A DNA stretch of 64,000 nt from Octopus vulgaris (GCA_951406725.2 OX597824.1:7006001-7070000); one strand, 5' to 3'; shown: positions 1 to 13,418, counted from the stretch's first letter. Notes: generated from the letters alone by a model not told the origin. Made by a program: numbers and translations.

Positions 1-500
1 CAGAAGGACCAAACAAGGACAGACAAACGGATTAAGTCGATTATATCAACCCCAGTGCGCAACTGGTACGTATTTAATCGACCCCGAAAGGATGAACGGC
101 AAAGTCGACCTCGGTTGGAATTTGAACTCAGAACGTAAGTTGGAAGAGATACCTATTTCTTTACTACCCACAAGGGGTTAAACACAGAGGACAAACAAAC
201 GGATTAACTCGATTACATCGACCCCAGTGCGTAACTGGTACTTAATTTATCGACCCCGAAAGGATGAAAGGCAAAGTCGACTTCGGCGGAATTTGAACTC
301 AGAACGTAAAGACAGACGAAATTCTTATTTCTTGACTACCCACAAGGGGTTAAACACAGAGAGGACAGACAAACGAACTAAGTCAATTATACCGCCCCCA
401 GTGCGTAACTGGTATTTATTTAATCGACCCCGAAAGGATGAAAGGCAAAGTCGACCTCGGCGGAATTTGTTTCGTCCGGCGTGTTTAACGTTTCGAGCCT
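1..500 (-). mobile_element. Tandem array (~3 units of ~175-180 bp) of SINE family B body/tail
   Basis: The block ccccagtgcgtaactggtact..tcgaccccgaaaggatgaaaggcaaagtcgacctcggcggaatttgaactcagaacgtaa recurs at about 50, 222 and 396; the same sequence is dispersed at 16745, 21690, 46735 and 56103. Confidence 0.85.
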
Positions 501-640
501 TTCTGTCCGACGCAGTTTACGATTCGTCCAGCAAGTTCACCGCGATGACAAATAATGATGATGATGACGACGATGCGAAGAAGAAAGAAAAAAAGAACAG
601 TAACAACAATATCCAGCAAATGGAAGAAAAAAATAGCAGA

Positions 641-684
<44 letters not shown>

Positions 685-777
685 AGAAACAGCTGACGCC
701 ATTTGCCGACACGAAGTGGAGGGAAACTTGTCCGTTCTGACATGCCGCCAGCCTTCAATTCATTATTCATTCCTGCT

Positions 778-811
<34 letters not shown>

Positions 812-1150
812 TGTTGTCAAAACCTTTACCTATCGATAACAGCCAACAAACCACTGCCCCATCCCCCCCCCACCGCCCTTTTTCCATTTCACTAACTGAA
901 AACTTTTAACAGTTTTAATGATTCTGGTCACAGCTGCATTCCATAAAACAACAGTTAAAGCTCGTTGAGAGACAGAAAACAAAAACAAGAACAATAACGG
1001 TAAAATAGGAACGTTGATACAATCGCTTCGCTAAATCGGCCAAGAACACACACACACACACACAAATCCATTCCCCTTTTAATTAACAATTATACGTTAC
1101 GTGATCCGAAATCATCATAATCATTATTTATTATTATTATTATTATTATT

Positions 1151-1480
1151 GAGTGAGCGAGCAGAGCATGCCATCAAAGTGACACTGGGGTAAAATATAC
1201 GAAGCCCAATATACCCATCATGACTACCCGTCTGATAAGGGTACACCAGGCAAATGCCTCACAACCATATGTGCGCGACATGGTGATATCATATCAAGGT
1301 AAACAGCGCATGACCTTGCAGGTGGGGGCCCAGTTAGAATTTTCTTCAGGTTGAGTAGCCCATCCTGCTCAAAAGGTCCCTGAATAGGGGTTGTTTAAGG
1401 ATGTAAGAACCACCCATGTTTCCAGAGGTGAATTAATCAAACCCCAAAGAATCCCTCTCAACACATGGCTATGATGCTCC
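1151..1480. mobile_element. Probable retroposon-like repeat inserted in an (ATT)n microsatellite
   Basis: 330-bp complex segment bounded on both sides by (att)n runs; only one copy in this window, family not established. Confidence 0.45.
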
Positions 1481-1512
<32 letters not shown>

Positions 1513-1514
<2 letters not shown>

Positions 1515-2050
1515 ACCAGGAACCTTTCGTAACGCCTCCCCCCTTTTGGGAGGTTTTCATTGTTATAATCTTTCGTAGTTAAACTGTTTTTACACGGATT
1601 TTTTTTCACAAACGGACAAAACCCTTTGTAACTTTTCGTCTTGTTTTGTCCCTTTACGTGATAATTGATTTTTGTCAGCCCTTGTGGCCAATAAAAATAA
1701 TTAATTATTATTGTTATTATTATTATTGATGTTGGTGAAAGGTGGGTGAATGTTGGAAAGAATGGCAAGTGCGAAGGGACCAGTTCTGAGCGTGCACCTG
1801 TAAAAAAAAAAAAAGGGGAGGGCGGGCTCTTGCCCCGTTGATCAAGCAACGGGAATTTTGTGGGGGGTTTCCACGAGGACCTGAAAGCGCCCACCCCCCA
1901 TTGGGAGTTTAATTTATTTTTAATTATTTGTATTGTTTACACACTGTAAAACCCTTTGTATCATCCTGTTTTTTTGATTTTGTCTTTTATGTTGTTGCAT
2001 GTCCTTTAATGTTTTTTTGTATGTGAGCCCTTGTGGCTAATAAAAGAATT
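1513..2050 (+). mobile_element. Two 5'-truncated LINE 3' ends (possibly L1/Tx1-like) separated by (ATT)n
   Basis: Two related tails share aaaaccctttgta and end gcccttgtggc(c/t)aataaa (~1620-1697, ~1948-2047); a frameshifted ORF end ERWVNV/RMASAKGPVLSVHL* lies at 1737-1803; a similar tail is at 7985-8025. Confidence 0.45.
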
Positions 2051-3217
2051 TATCATCATTATTATTATTATTATCATTATTCTTCTTCTTCTTCTTCTTC
2101 TTATTATTATTATTATTATTATTGGAAAGTTCTCTTTAAACTGGAAAGTCGTTTGTTTATTATGACGAAGCGATGATTACGGAGTAAGCGAGAAAGCCTG
2201 TGTGTGGTCGCTCCATCTGCTAGAAAGTGCAGCTAAGTGTTCTTCAAAGAATATCCTTACTATTTAGCCGGGTGGGGAGCACCCCCCCCCCCCACAGAAA
2301 AAAAGTAACAGGAGAAAGTCAATATGGATCGTAGTCTCTGATATACAGAATGGATGGTTTGGTCACACTGGAACGCCTTTGATCACAGACGCGGTCGATC
2401 ATAGCGCACCCGTGGCTAAACAACAACAACAACAGTAGTAACAACTAAAAGCATTTAATCTTAAGCATTAATTCTTCCCCCCCCCCTTTTCTTTCGTCAA
2501 AATAATAGAATGCCGCTTGAGAAAGACTTGGCTGCTATTTCTAGAAACCGCGCGACCGGGCACACGCTCTCTCGTTTCAAGTTGGGAAAACAAAAAACAA
2601 GCACGAAAAAAAACTTCAAAAACAAAAAAAAAAAAGATAGAAAGGATTTTGACCATAGATTTCCTGCATCGAGACTGACCCAGGGCTAAACGACAAGAGC
2701 CGACACTTTACAACCAATTAGGCAAAAATGTTTAGCAAGATAATAAAGATACAAGTTTAAGATAAACATGGGAAATATCAAAGGTGAGACGAAAGAGAAA
2801 GGTGCAGGTGCGAGTGGGGGAGGGAATTACAGGTGTATATGTTTATTAGGTACGCTTAAAAGCAGGTAGTGTTTGTTGGTGGCTTTTGTTATAAAATCTA
2901 TATTGTTTTTCCATGGATAACAAACACGTGTTTCTTTTGTTTTTTCTTTTTACCTTCGTTATTATAAGCGCGTGTGTGATTCGGTACACATTCCGGTGCG
3001 CCTGGGTTTACGCGAATAAAGTGCGTGTGTCTGTCTGTCTCTCTCTCTCTCTCGTTTCCTGTTGCCTTGTTTAATAGATTTAGCAGCAGTCGTTTTAACA
3101 TCTGTTGGTTTTCCTCAGCATGCACACCATTATTCCTGCGAACATATAATATACACACGTATCTTTCTCTTCGTTTATCCTCCACTCACACACACAAACA
3201 TATACATATATGTATGG

Positions 3218-3218
3218 A

Positions 3219-3301
<83 letters not shown>

Positions 3302-3379
3302 ATAGATATCTATATCTATCTATCTATCTATATATATATATCTATCTATCTATCTATCTATCTATACATATCTATATCC

Positions 3380-3411
<32 letters not shown>

Positions 3412-3503
3412 ATAGATATCTATATATATCTATCTATATAACTATCTATATCTCTCTATCTATCTCTCTATCTATCTATCTATATATCTCTCTCTCTCTC
3501 TCT

Positions 3504-3560
<57 letters not shown>
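3218..3560. repeat. (TATC)n/(TA)n microsatellite
   Basis: Direct reading; explains the YLSI-type ORFs. Confidence 0.95.
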
Positions 3561-3562
<2 letters not shown>

Positions 3563-3662
3563 CTGATATTGTTGTTAAATGCTCGAAATATAGACGTCCT
3601 GTACCCCCCACCAGAAAAACACAACAACAACTGATGAAGGGTCGTTCTATTATAGTTGTATT

Positions 3663-3692
<30 letters not shown>

Positions 3693-3694
<2 letters not shown>

Positions 3695-3963
3695 ACCCCT
3701 TCGTTCATGAATGACCATGGATTGCACTAGAAAGTTACCCTCCTAGACACAAGTCCGTATTTTTTTATGTAAGACCAGCAGTTTCCCATGCATACCGGCC
3801 TCATGTCTCCACGCCACCAGTGTTATCAAGGGAAAAACAAAGGTCATACAGCAACAGTGACGTATATATTTATATATATGAACTGGAGCAACGTGAAATA
3901 TAGTGCCTTGCTCAAGAACACAACACGCAGCCCGGTCCGGGATTCGATATAACCTCACGATCG
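3693..3963 (-). mobile_element. SINE fragment (tRNA-derived, family E)
   Basis: Minus strand has B-box-like tcgaatcccggacc followed by gtgttgtgttcttgagcaaggcac; related degenerate heads near 12640-12740 and 63781-63900. Confidence 0.6.
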
Positions 3964-3991
3964 TATATATATATATATGTATATATATTTG

Positions 3992-4048
<57 letters not shown>

Positions 4049-4365
4049 CCTTTAAAATGTTTTAGGCCGAAGGCCGCGGCCTACAAGGTTTAAATAATGT
4101 AACACCCACCAAGCAAAACGGGATTGTAAAGAATTACCTGACTTGACAAAACAAACAATAAGTAAATTAATTATTATAATTATAAAAATTAATTCCATTT
4201 TCCTTCGTTTTTAATCTTATTTTTGTTTCTATCTTTATGTTCACGTTTAATACTTTTTTATTATATGCATGGCTTACATGCAAAGAAATAAAGTGCAAAC
4301 GCATACATATATGCACACAAACACACATATATACATACACACACATACACAAACATGTTATACAC

Positions 4366-4552
4366 ATAGGCGCAGGAGTGGCTGTGTGGTATGTAGCTTG
4401 CTTACCAACTACATGGTTCCGGGTTCGGTCCCACTGCGTGGCACCTTGCGAAAGTGCCTTCTAGTATAGCCTCGGGTCGACCAAAGCCTTGTGAGCGGAT
4501 TTGGCAGTCGGAAACTGAAAGAAGCCTGTCGTATACATACACACACACGTGT

Positions 4553-4629
<77 letters not shown>

Positions 4630-4800
4630 CGCCATAGCTTGACAACCAATGTTGGTGTGTTTACATCCCCGTAACTTAGCAAAAGAGACCGATAGAATAA
4701 GTACTAGGCTTACACAGAATAAGTCCTGGGGTCGATTTGTTCGACTAAAGGCGATGTTCCAGCATGGCCGTAGTCAAATGACTGAAACAAATAAAAGAAA
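4366..4800 (+). mobile_element. SINE family A (tRNA-derived, CORE-like), full length, with internal (GT)n
   Basis: Head ggcgcaggagtggctgtgtgg (A box), gggttcggtcc (B box), CORE-like gtggcaccttg..aagtg, tail gactgaaacaa; at least 9 homologous copies in the window. Confidence 0.9.
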
Positions 4801-4860
4801 AAAATACACACACACACACACATATATCCACATGCACATACACACACACATATGTATTTA

Positions 4861-4935
4861 GCAGAGGTAACAGAGTGACTCAAGGTCCGAGAGTTTCGTG
4901 CGCCGGCATGGACTCAACAATCAATTCCGATATAC
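4861..4935 (-). ncRNA. Degenerate hammerhead-like motif (Penelope-type relic)
   Basis: Minus strand reads gcac-GAAA-ctc-tcggacctt-gag-TC-actctg: stem III and GUC triplet are intact, but the CUGANGA core is disrupted. Confidence 0.35.
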
Positions 4936-5547
4936 TTATACACGTCTTTAGTTACCCGGAACTTTAAAAAAAACCTTCGGAATCTGTGAGTGAGCCGCTT
5001 CAGAACCACAAAGGCCAAATACAGCATACACATATATATACATATACCCATACGCATGCATACTGACGAGCAGGAATGCCTGAATACACACAAACGTGAA
5101 CGCATGCACGAAAACATATATACACACACGCATACATACGCAGAAACAGACGTATGCACATACATACACACGGATGCATACGCACCTGTATACACACGTA
5201 CACCTACATAAGTACAAACCTTCGTACATACAAATACATACACATACATATGCAGTGTGTGTGTATGTGTCTGTGTGTAGGTGGATATTGTTTTTGCTAA
5301 TTGTAAACAAAAGAATTTGCTTTGGCGAAAGGGCAAGGTGCGTGGAAGGAATTTAAACAGAGCGAAGTTAGAAGAAGAATTGGGTAAATATTTTAATGAT
5401 TAAAATAGCAAATAAAAGCCGCCAATTTGATCGGATTGAAATTCAATTTGTAGAAGTGCTTGCTTGGAGGGAAGAAAGAAAAAAAAGATACGTGAATGGA
5501 TCTTAGCCTCGTATTTTGAATTTCAATTAATAAACAGCACACGCTCA

Positions 5548-5965
5548 TACACGACACACACACACACACATACCCACACACATACGTACATAGTACATAC
5601 ATACGTACATACATACATACATATATATATACATACATACATACACCCAAGTACATACATATATACATACATACACACACACATACATACATACATACAC
5701 ACAAGTACATACATACATGCATACATACACACACATACATACATACACACACATACATACATACATACAAACATACATACATACATACGTACGTACGTAC
5801 ATACATACATACATAGACATACATACATACATACATACATACATACATACATACACACAAGTACATACATATATACATACATATACACACATACATATAT
5901 ACATACATATACACACATACATATATACATACATATACACACATACATACATACATACATACAGG
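5548..5965. repeat. (TACA)n/(CA)n compound microsatellite
   Basis: Direct reading. Confidence 0.95.
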
Positions 5966-6149
5966 CATACAGGCAGACAGACGGAATGACGGACATACGG
6001 ACAGATGATTATAGACAGAGATGTCAAAGTTGCCGCTTCGAACTCACTATCAAATTTTTCTGATAAAACTTTAATAATTACGTAAAAATGTTCACCAATC
6101 CTTCCTTTTAACGTGAGTCTTTCTCTTCGTGACACACACACTCGTGTAT

Positions 6150-6551
<402 letters not shown>

Positions 6552-6598
6552 ATTTCGCTTTTGAATTTATGTGAGTTCGTGTGTTGAAGCATATTTTG

Positions 6599-6826
6599 TT
6601 GTGTCTGGAGAGAGTCATTCTCTTTTGGTGCCTTATAAATTAACACACTCACCGGTAAAATTTCCACTTATTTCTTTTATTATTATTATTTTCTTCTTTT
6701 GCTTGAAAAGTTTGCAAGACGCAACGAAAATTAAAAATAAAAGTAAAAAAGAAATAAGCGGAAATTTTACCGGTGACTGTATTAAATTATAAGGCACCAA
6801 AAGAGAATGACTCTCCCCAGGCACAA
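6599..6826 (+). repeat. Fold-back element with degenerate hammerhead-like core at the apex
   Basis: Arms ~6599-6700 and ~6733-6826 are inverted (gagagtcattctcttttggtgccttataa / ttataaggcaccaaaagagaatgactctc); the centre reads TTGAAAA-gtttgc-aagac-gcaac-GAAA-att. Confidence 0.75.
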
Positions 6827-7519
6827 AAGTATATATATGTATGTGTGTGTGTGTGTGTTTATATAAGTTATATAAAGTTTATACACATATAAGTGTGTGT
6901 GTGTTTATATAAGTTATTAAAAGAAGTGTCATTTGTTTATAAGGAGAATATTTTGAAATATATTCAAACAGGTAATTCAAGAGGAAATAGGTTCGGATTA
7001 TTAAGCAGGTTGAATGATCGGGAACGGACAACTCAATCATCAGCCGTTCGATTTATATAATGTATAAAGAAGAAAAAGGAGAAAAAAATCTCTAGTTTCA
7101 TAACGGATCACTTCTCGAGGAATCAACAGAAATATAAGTGTGTTAGCGCACACACGCACACACACACACACACATTGCATACAGCGTCGTGTGTGTGTGT
7201 GTGTGTGTGTGTGCGTGTGTGTAAGGCTTAAGTATATTTCATTGATTAGGCGTGTAGTGGGAAATTACTATTCAAAATCCACATGTTTAGTGAAGTTGGT
7301 CGAAGCCTGATCATTTCCTTGGCTTTCACATTTTTATATGGTTATACCTTGGAGAATCCAAACCAAAAAGGAATTCGAGATTATCATTATTATCATCATC
7401 ATTGTTATTATTAATTATTATTATTATGCTCAACTTTTTTCAACAGGTGCGTGCGCGCGGTATGAATAGAGTCTACTTAAACTTACGCAAGTGTATACCG
7501 GTGCATATATCCGAGAACA

Positions 7520-7542
7520 CTTATCTATCTTCTCTATCTACA

Positions 7543-7615
<73 letters not shown>

Positions 7616-7872
7616 CTCTCTCTCTATCTATCTATCTATATATATATATATATATATACACCTATCTCTCTCTCTCTCTCTATCTATCTATATATATATA
7701 TATATATACCTACCTATCTATCTATCTATCTATCTACCTATCTATCTATCTATCTACCTATCTATGTATCTATTTATCCGTCTGTCTGTCAGTCTATCTA
7801 TCTATCTAGCTAGCTAGCTAGCTGCCTGTCTGTCTATTTGTTTGTCAGTCTATCTATCTATCTATCTATCTA
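7520..7872. repeat. (TATC)n/(TA)n/(TC)n compound microsatellite
   Basis: Direct reading. Confidence 0.93.
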
Positions 7873-8049
7873 TTTTTTACCCCCCCCCCCTTTTTTGTCC
7901 TGTTTCTTTCCTTTTACGATCCCTTTTGATCGAAAACCAAACCCCCTTTTTTTTACCCCCAAAAGAAAAGCTCGACCTTGTAATTTGTCCTGTCTGTGTG
8001 CAGCCCTGTGTGGCTAATAAAGAAACATATCTATCTATCTATAACATAC

Positions 8050-8105
<56 letters not shown>

Positions 8106-8242
8106 CAAACCGCTGTGTTATAGATGCTGGTACCAGATGAAATGGTTTGGGAAAATCCTACACAAGTTTGTTTTTACTTTTGTTCTCTCTGTCTCTTCCT
8201 TATTTTCTCTCCCGTCCCCGATCATCGCCTCGCTTCAAACAT

Positions 8243-8341
8243 GAAGAAGAAGAAGAAGAAGAAGAAGAAGAAGAAGAAGAAGAAGAAGAAGAAGAAGAAG
8301 AAGAAGAAGAAGAAGAAGAAGAAGAAGAAGAAGAAGAAGAA
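8243..8341. repeat. Pure (GAA)~33 trinucleotide repeat
   Basis: Direct reading; explains the poly-K and poly-E ORFs. Confidence 0.97.
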
Positions 8342-8614
8342 ACTGCATTTTATGATGTGGGAGTATTTCCTCATAAAAGCGATTCGGGGTGGGAAGGAAT
8401 CGTTCCATAAATCACTTCAGCTCTGCTGATGTTATTGTAGTTGTTATTGCTGTTATCGCCGTCATCGTCATCACCATCATCGCCATTATTATTATCATCA
8501 TCTCGATTAAAATAAGCACCCAAGTCGGAGGAATGAGGTCGATGCAATCGACAGCTTCCCTCCCACAAAAAGTGCAGGCCTTGCGTCGTCTATAATAAAA
8601 AAAAAAAAGAACCA

Positions 8615-8826
8615 GCACCACCACCGTCATCATCATCATCACCATCGTCGTAGTCATCATCATCATCATCACCACCATCGTCGTCGTCATCATCATCGTC
8701 ATCATCATCATCATCACCACCAACACCACCTCTACCACCATCATCATCGTCATCATCATCATCACCACCACCACCACCACCATCATCGTCGTCGTCGTCG
8801 TCATCATCGTCATCATCTCCATCTCC
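8615..8826. repeat. (CAT/CAC/CGT)n cryptic trinucleotide repeat
   Basis: Direct reading; lies between two family-B SINE tail fragments. Confidence 0.9.
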
Positions 8827-9227
8827 ATAAAATAGGTACCAGTTAAGTACGGCGGTCGAAGTGATCGACTTGTCTCTTTCCCGCAAAATCATCTTCGTTG
8901 TTATTGTTCCTATTGGTATTTGTTTGTTTGCTTTTTTTGTTTTACTTTTTCTGTTTTTCTTTTTTTCTTTCTTTTTGTTTTTGTTTTTGTTTTGGTTTTG
9001 GCAACAGAAAATAATCCCCTATCAGGTGTGATTAGAAGGATATTCGTTGTTTCTTCCGAATTCAGCGGCGTGTGGCACCAAGCAGAATGGTAAGAGAGAG
9101 ACGGTGAAAACACACCGTCTGTGCACACAAGAAGGAAACACAGAAGTGAGAAAGAGAGAGAGAGAGAAGGTGGGAGGGAAGGAGGGAGGAAGAGAAATAG
9201 TGGGAGAGAGAGAGAGAGAAATAGTGG

Positions 9228-9269
<42 letters not shown>

Positions 9270-10515
9270 TGGTGGGTGTGGTTTCGCAGAGCCGGAAGAT
9301 GCACAACTGTGGGGAAGGAATGAATGGAAAAGAAAGAAAAGAAAAGAAAAAAATATAAACAACTTTACGGGGAAACACAGCATGGCGAGTAATACTACTA
9401 CTACTACTATTACTACTACTGGAATAATAAGAATAATAATAAGAAGAAGAACAACAACAACTAGTGGAAGAATTCCGGTGAAGAATGAAAACAAAGGCCG
9501 GCAAAGAGCTCGGCGTTGTTCAACCTCCCTTCGTAATAAAGTCGACCTTCCTTAAAGTCCTGTGCGCTGGTTAACTACCTTACACATGTAGGTTTTCAGC
9601 CAGCTTTATACAGTCAATTGAGCCTACCTCAGTCAGACACACACCAGTTTAGAGCCACTCCAGTCGTGTCATTCTAGCTTCAACGGCTTACTTACTTACA
9701 ACCAGTTCCACTTAACGTTTTTTTTTTAGATAAACATAAAACGGCCAAGTTTTTTTTTTATACCCCCCTTCTGTGATTTCTGGCATTTCTGGACAAAACA
9801 AACTTAGGAAGAACAACAACAACAACAACAACAAGAGAAAGAGAGAGAAAGAGAAAGTGCGAGAGAGTAAGAAAGAAAGAAAGAAAAGTGCTCTGCTTCT
9901 TATTTCTCTGCACACAACTCGATGCGGCTGGCACTTAGCGCGCATCAAACTCTTTCTGTTTCTTCACTATCATCATCATTATCTTCTTCTTCTTTTCCTT
10001 CTTCTTCTTCTTCTTCTTCTTCTTCTTCTTCTTCTTCTTCTTCTTCTTCCACTTCTTCTTCTTCTTCACCACACACTACTTTCTTTCCAGAGAGGTTCTC
10101 TTTCATGGACGGATTACCATCTTCCCTCCTTTCCAAGAACGCATTACCAAGGATCATCTAATTTCCATAGGTGATTAAATGCCGATTCATTAAAAAAAAA
10201 ACCAAAAAAAAAAAAAAAGAATCTATACACGTTACATCTCTTTCTATATATTATAAAGGAAAACTAAAAAAAAGTCTACCAACTTAAGATTATTCACAAA
10301 AGGCAATTAACTATAAATTGTTACACCACAGGTAATACAAACAAAAACTTTTTTTGTTCTCAGTTTTTTGCACCTGTCTTTTTTTTCTCTTTTTTCTCTT
10401 CTCCCTCCCCCGATCCAGTTCCAACGAAAGGCCTTTTCTGTTGACAATTCCTTTCATTTTATTTTAATTTCATTTTTTTAATCATTATTATTATCATCAT
10501 CATCATTATTCGAGA

Positions 10516-10547
<32 letters not shown>

Positions 10548-11268
10548 CAATTACTTAACTATACTTTTATAACAATTCTGTTACCTATATTAACTTCCTA
10601 CTTTTCTTTTTCTTCTTCTTCAGAACATTAAAGCAATAACACACAAGCATATATATATATATATATATATATATGCAAGCATACATACAAGTGTGTGTGT
10701 GTGTGTATACGTACATACATATACATACATATACATACATGTATGTCCGTATGTATGTGTGTATATCTCTTTTATGTGTAAATTCTTCAAAGCAATTTAG
10801 GCGTGTATATGCGCTGATATGTGTTTCTACATACATGTAAATATAACTGTACATACAAAGTCATGTATATACATATGTCTATATATGTGTGAGTTGTGGT
10901 GTATGTATATGTATGTTTACGCATCTGTAAGTCTGTACGTGTGTGCATGTAGGTGTATGGATTTATGTATGTGTGGGTGGGTGCCAGGGTGCATGCATGG
11001 AAAACCGGCGTGGCCTGAGCATTAAGAAATTCCTAGTTAGTCTTTTCTTTTTTTTTATCATAGCCCCCATAGTATATAAACTTTGTGGGTGTAAATGAGT
11101 AGATGGAACCTATGCACACACCTGTCGGATGAAGTGTGGATGTAATTCCAAGGGCCAACCTTGACTACCCTCTGTCACGCAGATTAGGGGTGAAGGGTGC
11201 GTTTAGGGTACACGTGTCTGAGCCATATGCAGTCACTAACTGAAAGGGCATGTAGTTGAGTAGCTTCA

Positions 11269-11307
<39 letters not shown>

Positions 11308-11827
11308 ATGAAAGTACCTGTGCACATACACGCGCGAGTGCACGTCTGTATGCATGTGCGTGCATGTATACAAATATCTATGCATAAATACGTATGCTAT
11401 TGCATGTGTATACACACACCCATACACATCCATGCGAATGTATAAATATGTGCATATACAGTGAGCGTGTATGCATGCACCTGGGTGCATGTGCGCCCCA
11501 ATGTACTTGCATCTACGTGCACAATATGCATGCACCGAAACATGAACATGCGTGCACACAAAATACCACACCAACATAATTCCAACAAGACCCTTCAGAT
11601 GTCTGTTTGTATTGTTGTATATATATATATATACATGCAGTCGAGCTGCTAGTTTATGTTCCCAAACTTTCAGGTGTGTCGGCACGAGCCTGGGGGTGGG
11701 GGTTCGCGCGCGCGGTTGGGTGTCGATTTCGTTTTGAGTCGATAGAATTGTAAACATGCAATTCCATATTACAATAATTTAACTTATATACATACTGAGT
11801 GAGGAAGTGAGAGATAGTGCGTGCGTG

Positions 11828-11894
<67 letters not shown>

Positions 11895-12001
11895 TACATT
11901 AATTTGATTGGTTATTCAATACTTTTACAGTGTACAAATTTATTCTTTAATACGAATAGTATTGACAGTAACTTGGAAGTCTCGGCCAACTAAACCATCA
12001 A

Positions 12002-12039
<38 letters not shown>

Positions 12040-12163
12040 TATAAACTATATATATATATATATATAAATATATACACACACACACACACTATAACTATAT
12101 ATATATACACACACACTATAACTATATATATATATATATACACACACACTATAACTATATATA

Positions 12164-12202
<39 letters not shown>

Positions 12203-12204
12203 TA

Positions 12205-12246
<42 letters not shown>

Positions 12247-12902
12247 ATTGTCATATTGATTATGGATTTCTATATTTTCGAGATGCTGTCTTACTGAATC
12301 TGAATGTGTGTGTGTGTGTGTGTGCATTCTTGCTTATAGATATATGTGTGAGAGAAAGAGATGTGGAAATCGTTGAGTTGGCTGTTCCGTATGGCTCTAA
12401 AAAAGGATTTGGGCATCTGGACAAATGCCCTGCCCGTCAGTCAAGTACACTAAACTATATTTGTTGCGACAAACAAAATCGTTGTCAGTGCGTGTCGGCA
12501 CGCATGGAGCGGTTTCCAATTCACAAACCGACCAAAGGGTATCCTGATGGTCTCTGGTTGCACCACCGACTCGTTAACTCTTCTACTGTGCCAGGTGGTC
12601 ACCGAGCAGGTGCTCGGTCAGTTATAATGTCCGGTTTTAAGTGGACGAGAGAGGTACGCGAAATGAAGTGGAACGTTTAGTTCAACACGACTCCTGCAGC
12701 GGGAATCGAACGCACGGCCCTATGAACGAGAGCCCAGTTGCCCGCCTTCTCACATCGATCGAAGACCATACACATACACCTTATATGAGAACAGATCTAA
12801 AACTATCCACAAGTTTTGTGGAAGTTAGTAAAGTTACCAAACTAATCAATAACTTACATTATTTACATTTGATGGATATTTGTCCCCATTTTGTTTGTTG
12901 TT

Positions 12903-12948
12903 AACACAATATTTCGGCTGACATACCCTCCAGCCTTCATCAGGTGCG
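12903..12948 (-). ncRNA. Minimal type I hammerhead ribozyme motif (mirror copy)
   Basis: Minus strand reads cgcac-CTGATGA-a-ggctg-gagggtatgt-cagcc-GAAA-t-ATT-gtgtt; stem III palindrome AUAU. Confidence 0.7.
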
Positions 12949-13006
12949 TGGGGGAAATTTCGAACCCGGGTTCTCATTCCTAAGGTATTTTTCGATGTTG
13001 TTGTTG

Positions 13007-13048
<42 letters not shown>

Positions 13049-13186
13049 TCACTGCTTGGAATCGAACTTGGAATCTTGGGGTTTAGTAGCTCACGCTCTT
13101 AACCAGTATGCCATATGCCCGTGGACATGCCCTCGCCCGTGAGAGGATCCATTACAACCATTGGAAAAAACATCAACTAAACCCAC

Positions 13187-13259
13187 GGGCATATGGCGTA
13201 GTGGTTAAGAGCGCGGGCTACAAACCCCAAAATTCCGAGTTCGATTCCAGGCAGTGACC
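13187..13259 (+). pseudogene. tRNA-derived Pol III head (SINE head)
   Basis: A box TGGCGTAGTGG at 13194-13204 and B box GAGTTCGATTCC at 13237-13248; mirror copy on the minus strand at ~13046-13120. Confidence 0.8.
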
Positions 13260-13264
13260 TGAAC

Positions 13265-13310
<46 letters not shown>

Positions 13311-13372
13311 GTAATAACAATAACATCGAAAAATACGTTAGGAATGAGAACCCAGGTTCGATATTTCCCCAA

Positions 13373-13418
13373 GACACCTGATGAAAGCTGGAGGGTATAT
13401 CAGCCGAAACGTTGTGTT
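13373..13418 (+). ncRNA. Minimal type I hammerhead ribozyme motif
   Basis: gacac-CTGATGA-aa-gctg-gagggtatat-cagc-c-GAAA-c-GTT-gtgtt: stem I gacac/gtgtt, stem II gctg/cagc, loopless palindromic stem III (ACGU). Confidence 0.75.

Noticed and set aside
1-480. CRISPR-like repeat-spacer array
   Set aside because: Units are whole ~180-bp SINE copies without unique spacers; eukaryotic context with no cas genes
227-895. 222-aa ORF
   Set aside because: Reads through tandem SINE units and CT/GA microsatellites; no protein-family motifs
3628-3660. CTGATGA followed by a caac/gttg pairing
   Set aside because: No GAAA after a stem II; only the upstream 3560-3596 segment is weakly HHR-like
5058-5090. CTGACGA-gcagg-aatg-cctg-aata as a hammerhead
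   Set aside because: No GAAA, no stem III/NUH and no stem I pairing
7000-7125. Minus-strand ctgatga and gaaactag motifs
   Set aside because: The elements are not in an order and spacing that allows a hammerhead fold
13187-13259. Functional tRNA gene
   Set aside because: Acceptor and anticodon stems are imperfect and it is fused to a repeat body; treated as a SINE head (same for 31825)
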